From a virus (lineage: Duplodnaviria; Caudoviricetes), in IMG/VR virus record IMGVR_UViG_3300037067_004608, positions 59,840 to 123,839 of that record: DNA of 64,000 bases; one strand, 5' to 3'. The first letter of the stretch is position 1. Each line of letters starts with the position of its first letter. Of the stretch, positions 26,762 through 35,888 are shown one piece after another. The notes under the pieces are model-generated. The model saw nothing but the letters and a program-made list of their open reading frames with translations, was not told where the DNA came from and did no database searches. The translations under genes were made by a program, and so were the position numbers.

Positions 26762-28567
26762 ATGAAGTTTGCAAACAGACTCGTTCTTGTGTTAGCACTA
26801 ATTTTGTGCTGCACAGTGGCATTCTCTGCCACTTACTATGTGAAATGGGATTCTCCCATTAATGGTCCTGGTAATGATCTTGACCATGCATACCATACTA
26901 TTGCTGCTGCAATAACTGCTTCAAGCAACGGGGATACAATATATGTATATGGTCCTCACTCATATGCAGAATCCCTAGACTTGAATAAGCAACTGACGGT
27001 TACAGGAGTAAATGGGCCGACTATAGATGCTTCTTCCACTGGTTACGGAATTATAATCAGTGCGGCATCTAACTTACAATACTTCACTGTTCTTGGAGGA
27101 CATTTTAATGCAATAAGCATAAAGAATGCTGCAACAGGAACAATGGTAAAAGGCTGTACAGTAAATGTATACCAGTATGGTAAAGGTATCTATATTGGAT
27201 ATGACAGTGCATCAGCATCAGCATCTGCTAGAATTGACAATAACATAATCTCCGGTGGTTCCTGGAAATCAGAGGGAATATTTGGCTGTATAATTTCTTG
27301 GGGAGGTAACTCGATTATAACAAGTAACCTCATCAAGAATGGTGCTCTTGGAATATTCTTATATGGAAGTGGATCACCGTCTATTTACAATAACACAATT
27401 GTTGGATGCAACAATGTAGCAACTGGTTCAAATCCTCCTGCAACAAAAGGTGGAGGAATATACATAACTCACTATAGTTGGCCACTTATTGAAAATAACA
27501 TAATTGCCAACAATAACGCTGATTATGGTGGAGCCTATTACATAGACCTAACAGGTGGTGGCTCTGTTCAGGATATGGGGTGGAACACATTCTATGGAAA
27601 TACTTCAAATATTTCTGGATATGTTTACTACCCAACACAAGCCAATTTTGGAACAATTGGTGTAGATGGAAATAACGAAGATAATCCAGTATTTGTTGGA
27701 AGTTCTGATTACAGACTACAATATAACTCAACATGTATAGGAACTGGAAACAATAACTATGCTGGCGGAGAATGCTGCTGGAAAGATATAACAGGACTTC
27801 CTCGTGTATTGCCAGCAGCGGGAACTGTTGACAGAGGATGTTATGAAGGTGCATCTGTACTAACAAATACAAGAACTGTGGGCGACTGGGTAGAGCTAAG
27901 ATCAAAACCTGTAACTGGTAACTTTACAGATATGTTCTATGTTGAAGAGCCAAGTAGAGTTAATGGAGTAAAGATACTATCTACAAGTTCTGCAGTTGCT
28001 GGAGATTTAGCAACAATAGATGGACAGTATGTTACAAATGAAAATGAGTTATCTATTCAGCCAACAAGTGTTTCTATAACTTCTGGAAGCTCTTCAAATA
28101 TACCAGGGACTCTTGGAATGCCAAACCGATCTCTTGGAGGAATAAACATAGGACTCCTTGTTAGAGTTTGGGGAAAGATAACTTCAGCAGCAGCTGGCGT
28201 ATACCTAATAGATGATGGTTCTGGTATAAACAGCACTGTTCTCTGGTATGGAACTCCCTACAACGTTAATGACTACATAGCTGTAACAGGGGTAAGTTGT
28301 TATGGTTGTGTAAGAGCAACTTCTGTTGACTATATAACAACAATAGAAGGTCAGCAGATGATGTCTATGGGAATGTCCTCAAGTTCTCTATCTATTGATA
28401 AGAGTTCATCTAAATATGAATCCATTCTCAGATGGCAGCAGTTCTTACAGGACAACTTAGATGAGCTTGCAAAGCACGAGAAATTAACCGCTTCACAGAT
28501 AAGCTGGAAGAATCTTATTGAGATACTTATGAAGCAGGCCCAAGAGCAACTATCCAGCTATAAGTAA
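26762..28567 (+). CDS. Secreted right-handed beta-helix protein with choice-of-anchor-Q-like and C-terminal OB-like repeats
   Basis: Signal peptide, TIAAAI, NN-ladders, DYRLQYNS.CIGTG..DITGLPR..VDRGCYE, FYVEEPSR..GV, GLLVRVWGKIT..IDDGSG. Confidence 0.8.
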   Translation: MKFANRLVLVLALILCCTVAFSATYYVKWDSPINGPGNDLDHAYHTIAAAITASSNGDTIYVYGPHSYAESLDLNKQLTVTGVNGPTIDASSTGYGIIISAASNLQYFTVLGGHFNAISIKNAATGTMVKGCTVNVYQYGKGIYIGYDSASASASARIDNNIISGGSWKSEGIFGCIISWGGNSIITSNLIKNGALGIFLYGSGSPSIYNNTIVGCNNVATGSNPPATKGGGIYITHYSWPLIENNIIANNNADYGGAYYIDLTGGGSVQDMGWNTFYGNTSNISGYVYYPTQANFGTIGVDGNNEDNPVFVGSSDYRLQYNSTCIGTGNNNYAGGECCWKDITGLPRVLPAAGTVDRGCYEGASVLTNTRTVGDWVELRSKPVTGNFTDMFYVEEPSRVNGVKILSTSSAVAGDLATIDGQYVTNENELSIQPTSVSITSGSSSNIPGTLGMPNRSLGGINIGLLVRVWGKITSAAAGVYLIDDGSGINSTVLWYGTPYNVNDYIAVTGVSCYGCVRATSVDYITTIEGQQMMSMGMSSSSLSIDKSSSKYESILRWQQFLQDNLDELAKHEKLTASQISWKNLIEILMKQAQEQLSSYK

Positions 28568-28610
28568 AGCGTATATACGATAGCGGAGGAGTTCCGATAG
28601 CGTTTTAAGC

Positions 28611-28652
28611 GTGAATTCACGCGAATGCAATCGGTTCACGCGGTTAGACGGG
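28611..28652 (+). repeat. Dispersed element copy 3
   Basis: GTGAATTCACGCGAATGCA-N15-TAGACGGG; also shares upstream TTTTAAGC with copy 1. Confidence 0.9.
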
Positions 28653-28708
28653 TAAAAGAGTCGATACCGCTTTATTCCGAATATATACAGGGAGGAGGTG
28701 ATAACAGA

Positions 28709-28879
28709 ATGTCTGGTGATGAAGAGAAGAAGGTAGAGACCACTGAGGAGGAGCCTGAGACTGAAGAGACTGAAGAGGTTGAGGAAGCAGAGGAAACCGA
28801 AGAAGTCGAAGAGTCTGAGGAAACCGAGGAGGGGTCGGAAACTGAAGAGGATGATCATGAAGAGGAACCTGAAGAGTAG
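28709..28879 (+). CDS. Extremely acidic 56-aa protein
   Basis: GGAGGAGGTG RBS then ATG; about 34 of 56 residues are D/E in xEE repeats. Confidence 0.7.
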   Translation: MSGDEEKKVETTEEEPETEETEEVEEAEETEEVEESEETEEGSETEEDDHEEEPEE

Positions 28880-28902
28880 TTGACGACCACCTGTATGAAG
28901 TT

Positions 28903-28930
28903 CTGGGAGGGATACTCTCCCTCCCAGTTT
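28903..28930 (+). terminator. Intrinsic terminator candidate
   Basis: CTGGGAGGGA/TCCCTCCCAG followed by TTTA. Confidence 0.55.
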
Positions 28931-28935
28931 ATAAT

Positions 28936-29190
28936 ATGATAATAATTAGTGAATCAATATTTCAATATAAAGGAAGAAAGACATTTCATTTAAGCTCTAC
29001 AGAGAGTTTAGATGAGCTGTTTGAATTTGCTAATAAGATAGGTCTGAGGCGCGAATGGTTTCAGGACAAAAGATTTCCTCACTTTGATATTTTTGGAAAC
29101 AAGATTGACATTGCAAGAGTATCAGGAGCAAAGGAAATATCTTCAAAGGAATTCATTGAAACAGCAATAAACAAAGGGAGAATACAATGA
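28936..29190 (+). CDS. DUF4031-like protein
   Basis: HL....LDELFEFA..IGLRREWFQ...PHFDI. Confidence 0.8.
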   Translation: MIIISESIFQYKGRKTFHLSSTESLDELFEFANKIGLRREWFQDKRFPHFDIFGNKIDIARVSGAKEISSKEFIETAINKGRIQ

Positions 29191-29771
29191 CTGTAACAAG
29201 AGAAGAAATACTTTCTATCCTTACTCCAGGAGATATGGTTGGTCTGTTAAGAAATTACAGACCAAAGATCAAATGGGTCCCTGTACACCCAGATGCTGTA
29301 GAGCCTAAGTATGCGCACATAAACGACTCTGGAGCAGACCTGATCTCAGTTATGGAAGGAGATGTATTTCCTGGAGAGACAGTCCTTTTCGACACAGGGC
29401 TTGTCATAGCTCTCGAAGAAGGATGGGAACTACAAGTAAGATCAAAAGGAGGTCTTGCTGCTAAGTCTATCTGGATAGCAAATAGTCCTGGAACTGTAGA
29501 TGAGGGCTATCGGGGAAGAATCTTCGCAGAAGTTCACAACGGTAAAACTTCTGAAACCATACACATAAGCAAAGGACAGAAAGTAGCTCAAGCTGTAGTA
29601 GCTATGTTCTGGCAAGCTGACTATGAGATGGAAACAGATTATCAACTTCTGACTGAAGGTATATCGGAAGGTGATAATCTTGAAGAGGTAGTGATGAATA
29701 GAGCAATTGATATCCTACCAAAGTCCAGATCAAGTAGAGGAGTTGGTGCTCTTGGAAGTACAGGAGTGTAA
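29187..29771 (+). CDS. dut: Trimeric dUTPase
   Basis: DSGADL, QVRSKGG, GTVDEGYRG, AQAVV, RGVGALGSTG. Confidence 0.93.
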   Translation: MTVTREEILSILTPGDMVGLLRNYRPKIKWVPVHPDAVEPKYAHINDSGADLISVMEGDVFPGETVLFDTGLVIALEEGWELQVRSKGGLAAKSIWIANSPGTVDEGYRGRIFAEVHNGKTSETIHISKGQKVAQAVVAMFWQADYEMETDYQLLTEGISEGDNLEEVVMNRAIDILPKSRSSRGVGALGSTGV

Positions 29772-30087
29772 AGTAGCTGCTGAATATAAGTTTGTCTGTA
29801 GTTCTTGTAACAGAGTAATTGAAGTCTGGTTGCAATATAGCAAAAGTAAGCCAGGGACATTTGACAAATACGTCAAATGTAAAGAATGCGGACAAACTTA
29901 TATGATACGATTTGAGCCAAATCGCTTCGGATGGGCTGCGTTCAAATCTGAGAATATAGAAGGCTCATATCTCTGTATAGATAACACTGAAAGTGGAGAA
30001 GAGATTCTAGTAAGACATATGCTAACTACAGAGAAAAGAGCTACACCAAAATACCCTAATGAGGATGATTGGTGGGAGATAGCATGA
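29707..30087 (+). CDS. Hypothetical Zn-ribbon protein (start uncertain)
   Basis: CSSC...CKECG. Confidence 0.55.
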   Translation: MISYQSPDQVEELVLLEVQECKVAAEYKFVCSSCNRVIEVWLQYSKSKPGTFDKYVKCKECGQTYMIRFEPNRFGWAAFKSENIEGSYLCIDNTESGEEILVRHMLTTEKRATPKYPNEDDWWEIA

Positions 30088-30242
30088 AGTGCCCATACTG
30101 TAACAGAGTAATAAGAGATATGCCAGATCATTTAAGAGCAAGCTCGAAGTGTTCAGAGAAACACAAAGCAAAGCTACGCAATGATATGAGAATCTCAAAA
30201 GAAATGTCACAGAGAGGTCTAAGCGGATATAGAGGTCAATAG
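30084..30242 (+). CDS. Small Zn-finger protein, 52 aa (not in ORF track)
   Basis: GGGAG RBS, ATGA overlap; MKCPYC...DHL....KC. Confidence 0.6.
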   Translation: MKCPYCNRVIRDMPDHLRASSKCSEKHKAKLRNDMRISKEMSQRGLSGYRGQ

Positions 30243-30246
30243 CTAG

Positions 30247-31356
30247 ATGTCAAAACTACGAGTAGCATTGTGTAATGGACTATATATTTTGGGAGGACCA
30301 ATTTCTTACACAAGATGTGTAAACGAGACTCTAAAGGATTCAGAGATTATATCTCCAGATATGTTCGTTTGGAAATCAAAATACAAACTGATCAATGGGG
30401 CAAATAATATAGCAAAGCTGAATCCAAGAGAGATTGCTGACTTTCTAAACTCTAGTTATGACTTAGTGTGGTTTACCTTCGCTAGTCAAGAGAAAAGACA
30501 TACATTCAAGAGTGAACCTCCTCCTGTAATGCAAGTAATGTCCCTCCTCGACATACCATTCATTATGACTATCCATAGAGATGATGAGATAACAAATCTC
30601 AAAAACCGTGGATGGAGTCCATGGGAATGGCAGCAGGCAGGATTAAAGAATCTATCAGGAATAATAGTAATAAGTCAGCAACTTGAAAGGAAAGTGAAAG
30701 ACCTTCATATAGTTGATGATAATAAGGTATTCAGGACTCCTCTTGTTTACCCAGACCCTATACGAACTTCTGATCACAGATCAAAAAGAATAACTTCACT
30801 TTCAAGACTGGCATCAGACAAAAGGCAGGAAAAAGTCGCTGAATTAGCAGACTATATTTCCAAGGATATAGAAGTGTATATACATGGTAGGACTAATCTG
30901 TTCAATCATAGCTTCTATCAGCCTTGGATTGATAAGGGTAGAACTGTCTGGCCCGGAGAGTTCTACCCTTCAGATGTTTGGAATATTCTATCAGATACAG
31001 AGATAGGAGCTGATTTTGATGCTCAAGAGATAGGAGATAAACTTCAAGGCGTAACTCTTGAGTTTATGCTTTCTGGAGCAGTTCCTTTGCTTATAGAAAC
31101 TACTGGAATAAGCGAATTGAGATGGCCAACTCTTATACACGAAAAGAACTGTATTAAGATTTGGGAAGATGAGCTTGTATCAGAAGTAGGTCTAAAAAGG
31201 GCAGCAGGAAGAGTCGATGGATTTTTTGAAAATCCAGATAGACTAGAAGAGATTAGACAAAATAACTACAAACTTGTCGAACAGTTTAGACCTCCTGTGG
31301 TTCGACCAATTCTTGAAGATGTGCTAATGAGGATAGTCAATGGAAATAACAGATAA
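30247..31356 (+). CDS. GT-B fold glycosyltransferase
   Basis: GGP N-term, MTIH, IVIS, LSRLASDKR, TLEFMLSGAVP. Confidence 0.75.
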   Translation: MSKLRVALCNGLYILGGPISYTRCVNETLKDSEIISPDMFVWKSKYKLINGANNIAKLNPREIADFLNSSYDLVWFTFASQEKRHTFKSEPPPVMQVMSLLDIPFIMTIHRDDEITNLKNRGWSPWEWQQAGLKNLSGIIVISQQLERKVKDLHIVDDNKVFRTPLVYPDPIRTSDHRSKRITSLSRLASDKRQEKVAELADYISKDIEVYIHGRTNLFNHSFYQPWIDKGRTVWPGEFYPSDVWNILSDTEIGADFDAQEIGDKLQGVTLEFMLSGAVPLLIETTGISELRWPTLIHEKNCIKIWEDELVSEVGLKRAAGRVDGFFENPDRLEEIRQNNYKLVEQFRPPVVRPILEDVLMRIVNGNNR

Positions 31357-31960
31357 ATCTAAACAGTTGCTTAAAGCAATTGGAGCCAAAGAGATAACAT
31401 TTTCTGGATTACAAAAGAAAATGGGAGAGGATACTCAAATTGGTGCCAATGTAAGCCTATTAACTCAAATTGGAGCAATAGAAGATGTAGATGGCTATCT
31501 TAGTCTAACTGACTTTGGTTTACAAATAGCAGTTCTCGAAGGTTCGGAGATACCAGAAGAACTTGAAACTGCGCTTTCAGAAGCTAACAAAATTGCTTCA
31601 GAAATAAAGATAGACAAAAAAGGAGAAGCTGCTAGAGCCTTCAACAAAGGAAAAGGGAAAACAGACAAACCTCTGTCTATAGCCAAAGAGAAATATCAAC
31701 AAGGACTTAGCCGAAGGTCTGAAACTGCTAAGTCTAAGCAACCTATTGCTAATCATGGCGAAGAAGATGAAACTGTTCTTGAGGGTGCCGAGGAAGGAAA
31801 AGAACCAGAAGATACTGGAATCATAGAAGTGAAGTCAGCTGGTAGCAATCATTGCCCAGTTTTTGGTAACTGTAGTCTCAATTTCTGTATAACTATGTGC
31901 GCAGGATGGGATAATGGTTGCAGCATTACAGATAAAATGGCAGAGAGGCTTAGACCATAA
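31340..31960 (+). CDS. Hypothetical protein (winged-helix-like N-term, Cys-rich C-term)
   Basis: L...G.IE....LSLTDFG; CPVFG.C...C...C. Confidence 0.6.
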   Translation: MEITDKSKQLLKAIGAKEITFSGLQKKMGEDTQIGANVSLLTQIGAIEDVDGYLSLTDFGLQIAVLEGSEIPEELETALSEANKIASEIKIDKKGEAARAFNKGKGKTDKPLSIAKEKYQQGLSRRSETAKSKQPIANHGEEDETVLEGAEEGKEPEDTGIIEVKSAGSNHCPVFGNCSLNFCITMCAGWDNGCSITDKMAERLRP

Positions 31961-32526
31961 TGTTCTATCTTTCGCTCTCAAAGATAAGACCATTTGCTAT
32001 GTGCTCAAAGGGGCCAGAGATAATCAGATACTTTGAGGCAAGATTTGACGAAGAAGCAGTTCTACCATTGCAAATAGTCCTTGATGTTTGGGGAGAGACT
32101 CACGCAGTATTTTGCCTTAGAGCTGTAGAAGGAGGCCCTGAATTTGCTCTAACCTATGCTACAGACTGTGTAGATAGAGTTAGAGATATATTCAATACAG
32201 AGTTTGTAGATAATCCTCTATTTGATGAGTGTCTACAAACTGTTCTTGAAAGAGAATCTGGTAGTTCTATGAAGGAAGCAGGACATAATATAGAATCGTT
32301 CTGCTTATCAAATACCAGCGCTGAAAGGGATAAAGCAATAAAGGCAGGATTATCTGCCTCAAAGCTATCCTATGCAGCATATACTCTAAGCCAGCCTCAC
32401 GCTTCAGTAGATTTTTCACTAGGAGCAGTAGAAGATGCTTGCCAAGCAGCTAAGAATCCAGTATTAGAAAACTGTTGGCAAGAGATTCATTTCAAGGAAC
32501 TTCTATTATCACACAGAGATGAATAG
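31960..32526 (+). CDS. Hypothetical helical protein
   Basis: TAATG coupling. Confidence 0.6.
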   Translation: MFYLSLSKIRPFAMCSKGPEIIRYFEARFDEEAVLPLQIVLDVWGETHAVFCLRAVEGGPEFALTYATDCVDRVRDIFNTEFVDNPLFDECLQTVLERESGSSMKEAGHNIESFCLSNTSAERDKAIKAGLSASKLSYAAYTLSQPHASVDFSLGAVEDACQAAKNPVLENCWQEIHFKELLLSHRDE

Positions 32527-32815
32527 AAAACTAATAATTCCAGTAAAGAAAACTGAAAATGGAATGAGATGCTTAAAGCTAATCATGTCAAAAGAAGATT
32601 ATGATGTAGCAGTAGCATGCGACCTAGACTGGCTGCATAGAGCAGCAGTAAGCAATACTGATGAGAATGCAAATGTTAACCTAGTTTGGGATAACAGATT
32701 GCAGACATACAAGCTCAGACTAATCTTAAAAGAACTCATAGAGGAGACACTAGATGGTATCAACGGATGCAAAAAGGAAGGCGATAGATGCCGCAGTAAA
32801 AAACCTAAACAATAG
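32519..32815 (+). CDS. Hypothetical protein
   Basis: Operon tiling. Confidence 0.5.
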   Translation: MNRKLIIPVKKTENGMRCLKLIMSKEDYDVAVACDLDWLHRAAVSNTDENANVNLVWDNRLQTYKLRLILKELIEETLDGINGCKKEGDRCRSKKPKQ

Positions 32816-33809
32816 GTTTGGTGCTAATACTGTAATACATCTAAACGATAAGATGCCAGTAAGGGGAGAGGTCATCCCAAGTAGTGTAATGCTATTCAAT
32901 GTTGCCCTTGGCATCGGAGGAATACCAAGAAAGAGAATAACAGAGATATATGGACCAGAATCAGGAGGGAAAACAACACTAGCTCTTGATTTTGTTGCAA
33001 ATTGTCAAAGACTCGGAGGAGTTGCTGCATTTGTAGATGCTGAACACGCACTAGACAAAGAATACTCTGCAAATCTTGGAGTTAATATAGAAGATCTGTT
33101 GTTGTCACAGCCAGACACTGCTGAAGATTGCCTAGAGGTTGTCGAAGCATTAGTCAGGGCTGGGACTGATCTTGTAGTTCTTGACTCTGTTGCAGGAATG
33201 GTTCCTAAAGCAGAAATTGAAGGAGATATGGGAGCTTCTCACATGGGTCTAATGGCGAGACTTATGTCACAAGGACTCCGAAAGATTGGCGGTGCTGTAG
33301 ACACAAGCAATTCCTGTGTTATCTTCATAAATCAGATTCGAGAGAAAATTGGAATTGCTTTTGGTAATCCAGAGACAACACCTGGAGGTCGAGCACTAAA
33401 GTTCTGGTCGTCAGTTAGAATAGAAGTAAGATCAAGCACTCTTGATTCTGGAGCATATGCAAAGAATGGCTCCAGACAAAAGATAACTATCAAGAAGAAT
33501 AAAGTTGCACCGCCATTCAGAAAAGCAGAAGCAGATTTGATATGGGGAGAAGGATATGATTCCTTCGCAAACCTTATGGAAGCAGGAGTTCTATATGGAC
33601 TAATAACAAAGGGTGGTGGAGGATACTATAACTTTGGAGAGACAAAGTTCAGAAGAGATACTTTTGATTCTGATATGGAAGAAGTCATAGCCCCTCTTAT
33701 CCTTGATATAATAAATAACGACATAGGAGTTACAGTAGCAGCTGGAGCAGATGTTGATACAGACAAAGAATCTGCTGGTGAAAGTTTTGATCCTGAGGAG
33801 CACGTATGA
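32754..33809 (+). CDS. recA: RecA recombinase
   Basis: EIYGPESGGKTT, DAEHALD, SQPD, ARLMSQGLRK, FINQIREKIG, PGGRALKF, KNKVAPPF. Confidence 0.97.
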   Translation: MVSTDAKRKAIDAAVKNLNNRFGANTVIHLNDKMPVRGEVIPSSVMLFNVALGIGGIPRKRITEIYGPESGGKTTLALDFVANCQRLGGVAAFVDAEHALDKEYSANLGVNIEDLLLSQPDTAEDCLEVVEALVRAGTDLVVLDSVAGMVPKAEIEGDMGASHMGLMARLMSQGLRKIGGAVDTSNSCVIFINQIREKIGIAFGNPETTPGGRALKFWSSVRIEVRSSTLDSGAYAKNGSRQKITIKKNKVAPPFRKAEADLIWGEGYDSFANLMEAGVLYGLITKGGGGYYNFGETKFRRDTFDSDMEEVIAPLILDIINNDIGVTVAAGADVDTDKESAGESFDPEEHV

Positions 33810-34237
33810 TACAATATGTAGTTTGTCTACCATTCAACGAATCTAAAAGCCACGTAGTTCTAATTGAGAAAACACATCCTAAGTGGCAAGCAGGGAAGTG
33901 GAATGGTCCAGGAGGTCACATAGAACCTGGAGAGGAAATAAATCAAGCTGCTCAGAGAGAATGTGCTGAAGAGGTAGGACTAACTACATCGCCTGAAGAC
34001 TGGAGACATTTCCTAACTTTATTCAACTTCAAAAATGATTGGGAAGTGTACTTTCTTTCTACTTTTATGGATATAGAAGTAGCAAAGACACTAACAGATG
34101 AGAGAGCTGTGATAACCCCTGTCAGAGCTTTATGGTTTAAGCCAATAATACCAAATCTACGCTGGATAATACCATTAGCTCTTGATGAAACAGGACTTTC
34201 ACTTCCTATAGAGATTGAAGATAGAGGAGAGATATAA
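33806..34237 (+). CDS. Nudix hydrolase
   Basis: GGHIEPGEEINQAAQRECAEEVGL Nudix box. Confidence 0.92.
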   Translation: MIQYVVCLPFNESKSHVVLIEKTHPKWQAGKWNGPGGHIEPGEEINQAAQRECAEEVGLTTSPEDWRHFLTLFNFKNDWEVYFLSTFMDIEVAKTLTDERAVITPVRALWFKPIIPNLRWIIPLALDETGLSLPIEIEDRGEI

Positions 34238-34725
34238 TGTCAGACTCAATAGAAGTTTACACTGATGGCAGTGCACACAATCTAGGAGATGGAGAATATG
34301 CCAAAGCTGCATCTGCTATACATTCTATTGATCTTGGTATAACCAAAGGTTACTACCTTGGTGATGGAGTATCAAGCAATATGGCAGAGTATGAAGCCAT
34401 AATTGCAGCTATGAAAATAGCAATAAATAAAGATGTCAAGAATCTAACTATTGTAAGCGATTCAGAACTTTGTGTTAGACAAATCCTAAAGAATTGCTTA
34501 GGTAGACCTGGATATGCCTGTTCAGATCATAAGCTAATTCCAAGATTAGCTATAGTCAAAGAACTCATTGGATACTTTGCTTTCTTTGACATAGTACATA
34601 AGAAAAGAGAATTCAACTCTGAAGCTGATAAGGCCGCAGAGATAGCTGTAAAGGGTAGAAATATTGTTCCTTTGCCTAGCACCTGGTCACAGGATGATGT
34701 TTCTACTAAGATAGAGAAGGAATAA
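34237..34725 (+). CDS. rnhA: Ribonuclease HI
   Basis: VYTDGS, SNMAEYEA, SDSEL, REFNSEAD. Confidence 0.9.
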   Translation: MSDSIEVYTDGSAHNLGDGEYAKAASAIHSIDLGITKGYYLGDGVSSNMAEYEAIIAAMKIAINKDVKNLTIVSDSELCVRQILKNCLGRPGYACSDHKLIPRLAIVKELIGYFAFFDIVHKKREFNSEADKAAEIAVKGRNIVPLPSTWSQDDVSTKIEKE

Positions 34726-34730
34726 CTACA

Positions 34731-35888
34731 ATGATTATGAACTTCCTGCACACAGCAGATTTCCATTTTGGAGGTATTCCTGCTATCGGTAGAATAACTC
34801 CAATGGGAATCCGAGAAAGAGAATATGATCTAATTCGCTCTCTTGAAAATATCAAAGAAATAGCCAGAAGCGAAACGACTGATGTGCTATTTGTTGCAGG
34901 AGATATATTTGACATAAGCAATCCTGACTCGACAACAAGAGTGTGCTGGTCACAATTCCTCATATCTCTAATAAAGGGAGATGTCCCATCTCTCAAAAAA
35001 GTGTACATTGTTCTCGGAAACCATGATAAGCCAAATAACGATATAAAGGCAGTATCTCTAGGGGTTGATGGAGAATATATAGCAGGACTAAACTCTACAC
35101 ACGTTGATATAAAGATATCATCAGAAATAGAGTTTGAAATGTATAATGGCCACGGAATAATACTTGTTCCTTACAAAGATGATCCAGATCTTGTAAGGAG
35201 TTGTGTATCAGAGATATATAAAGAACATGAAAATGAATGCAACAACTTTGTTCTTGTTGGACATATAGAGATAAAGGAAGCTGAACTTGGAGCAAATGAT
35301 AGAAAACTCAAGTGTGGATTCTCATATAAAGATGAGATATTCTCCCTTCCAAAGCTAAAATATGCTGCCTTAGGTCATATACATAAGCCACAGTCCTTCA
35401 TAAATCCAAATAGTAATGCAATCATAGCTTACTCTGGTTCTCCAATAAGCAAAGATTTCAATGAAGCCTCAGATTGGAGAAGAGTAATAATTGGTTCAAT
35501 AAGTGACTTAGGAGAACTTCAATATGATGAAGTTCAGGTACAAGATCGAGACTTCATAACAATAGAAAATGGGAAAGGTCTTGATGATTTAACTTCAGAT
35601 GTTGTAAATGGAAGTATAATAAAACTGAAGTTCAAAGGAACTCTTGAGTATCTACAGACCTTTAATACAACAGCAATAATAAGTAGACTCGAAGGAATGG
35701 GAGCTTTACAAGTAAAGGTAGATAGAGTCATCATAAAAGAAATCAAGACTGACGAGCGTAATGATTTCAGAGAATCTACAAGTATAAGAACTGCATGTAG
35801 AACCTACATAGAAAGATTTGCGCCAAAGAGTCTTGATAAAGAGCTTCTCCTTACAATGGCAGATGCTAGAGTGAAAGGAATTAACTAA
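34731..35888 (+). CDS. sbcD: SbcD/Mre11 nuclease
   Basis: LHTADFH, AGDIFD, GNHD, LGHIH, YSGSP..F.E. Confidence 0.92.
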   Translation: MIMNFLHTADFHFGGIPAIGRITPMGIREREYDLIRSLENIKEIARSETTDVLFVAGDIFDISNPDSTTRVCWSQFLISLIKGDVPSLKKVYIVLGNHDKPNNDIKAVSLGVDGEYIAGLNSTHVDIKISSEIEFEMYNGHGIILVPYKDDPDLVRSCVSEIYKEHENECNNFVLVGHIEIKEAELGANDRKLKCGFSYKDEIFSLPKLKYAALGHIHKPQSFINPNSNAIIAYSGSPISKDFNEASDWRRVIIGSISDLGELQYDEVQVQDRDFITIENGKGLDDLTSDVVNGSIIKLKFKGTLEYLQTFNTTAIISRLEGMGALQVKVDRVIIKEIKTDERNDFRESTSIRTACRTYIERFAPKSLDKELLLTMADARVKGIN

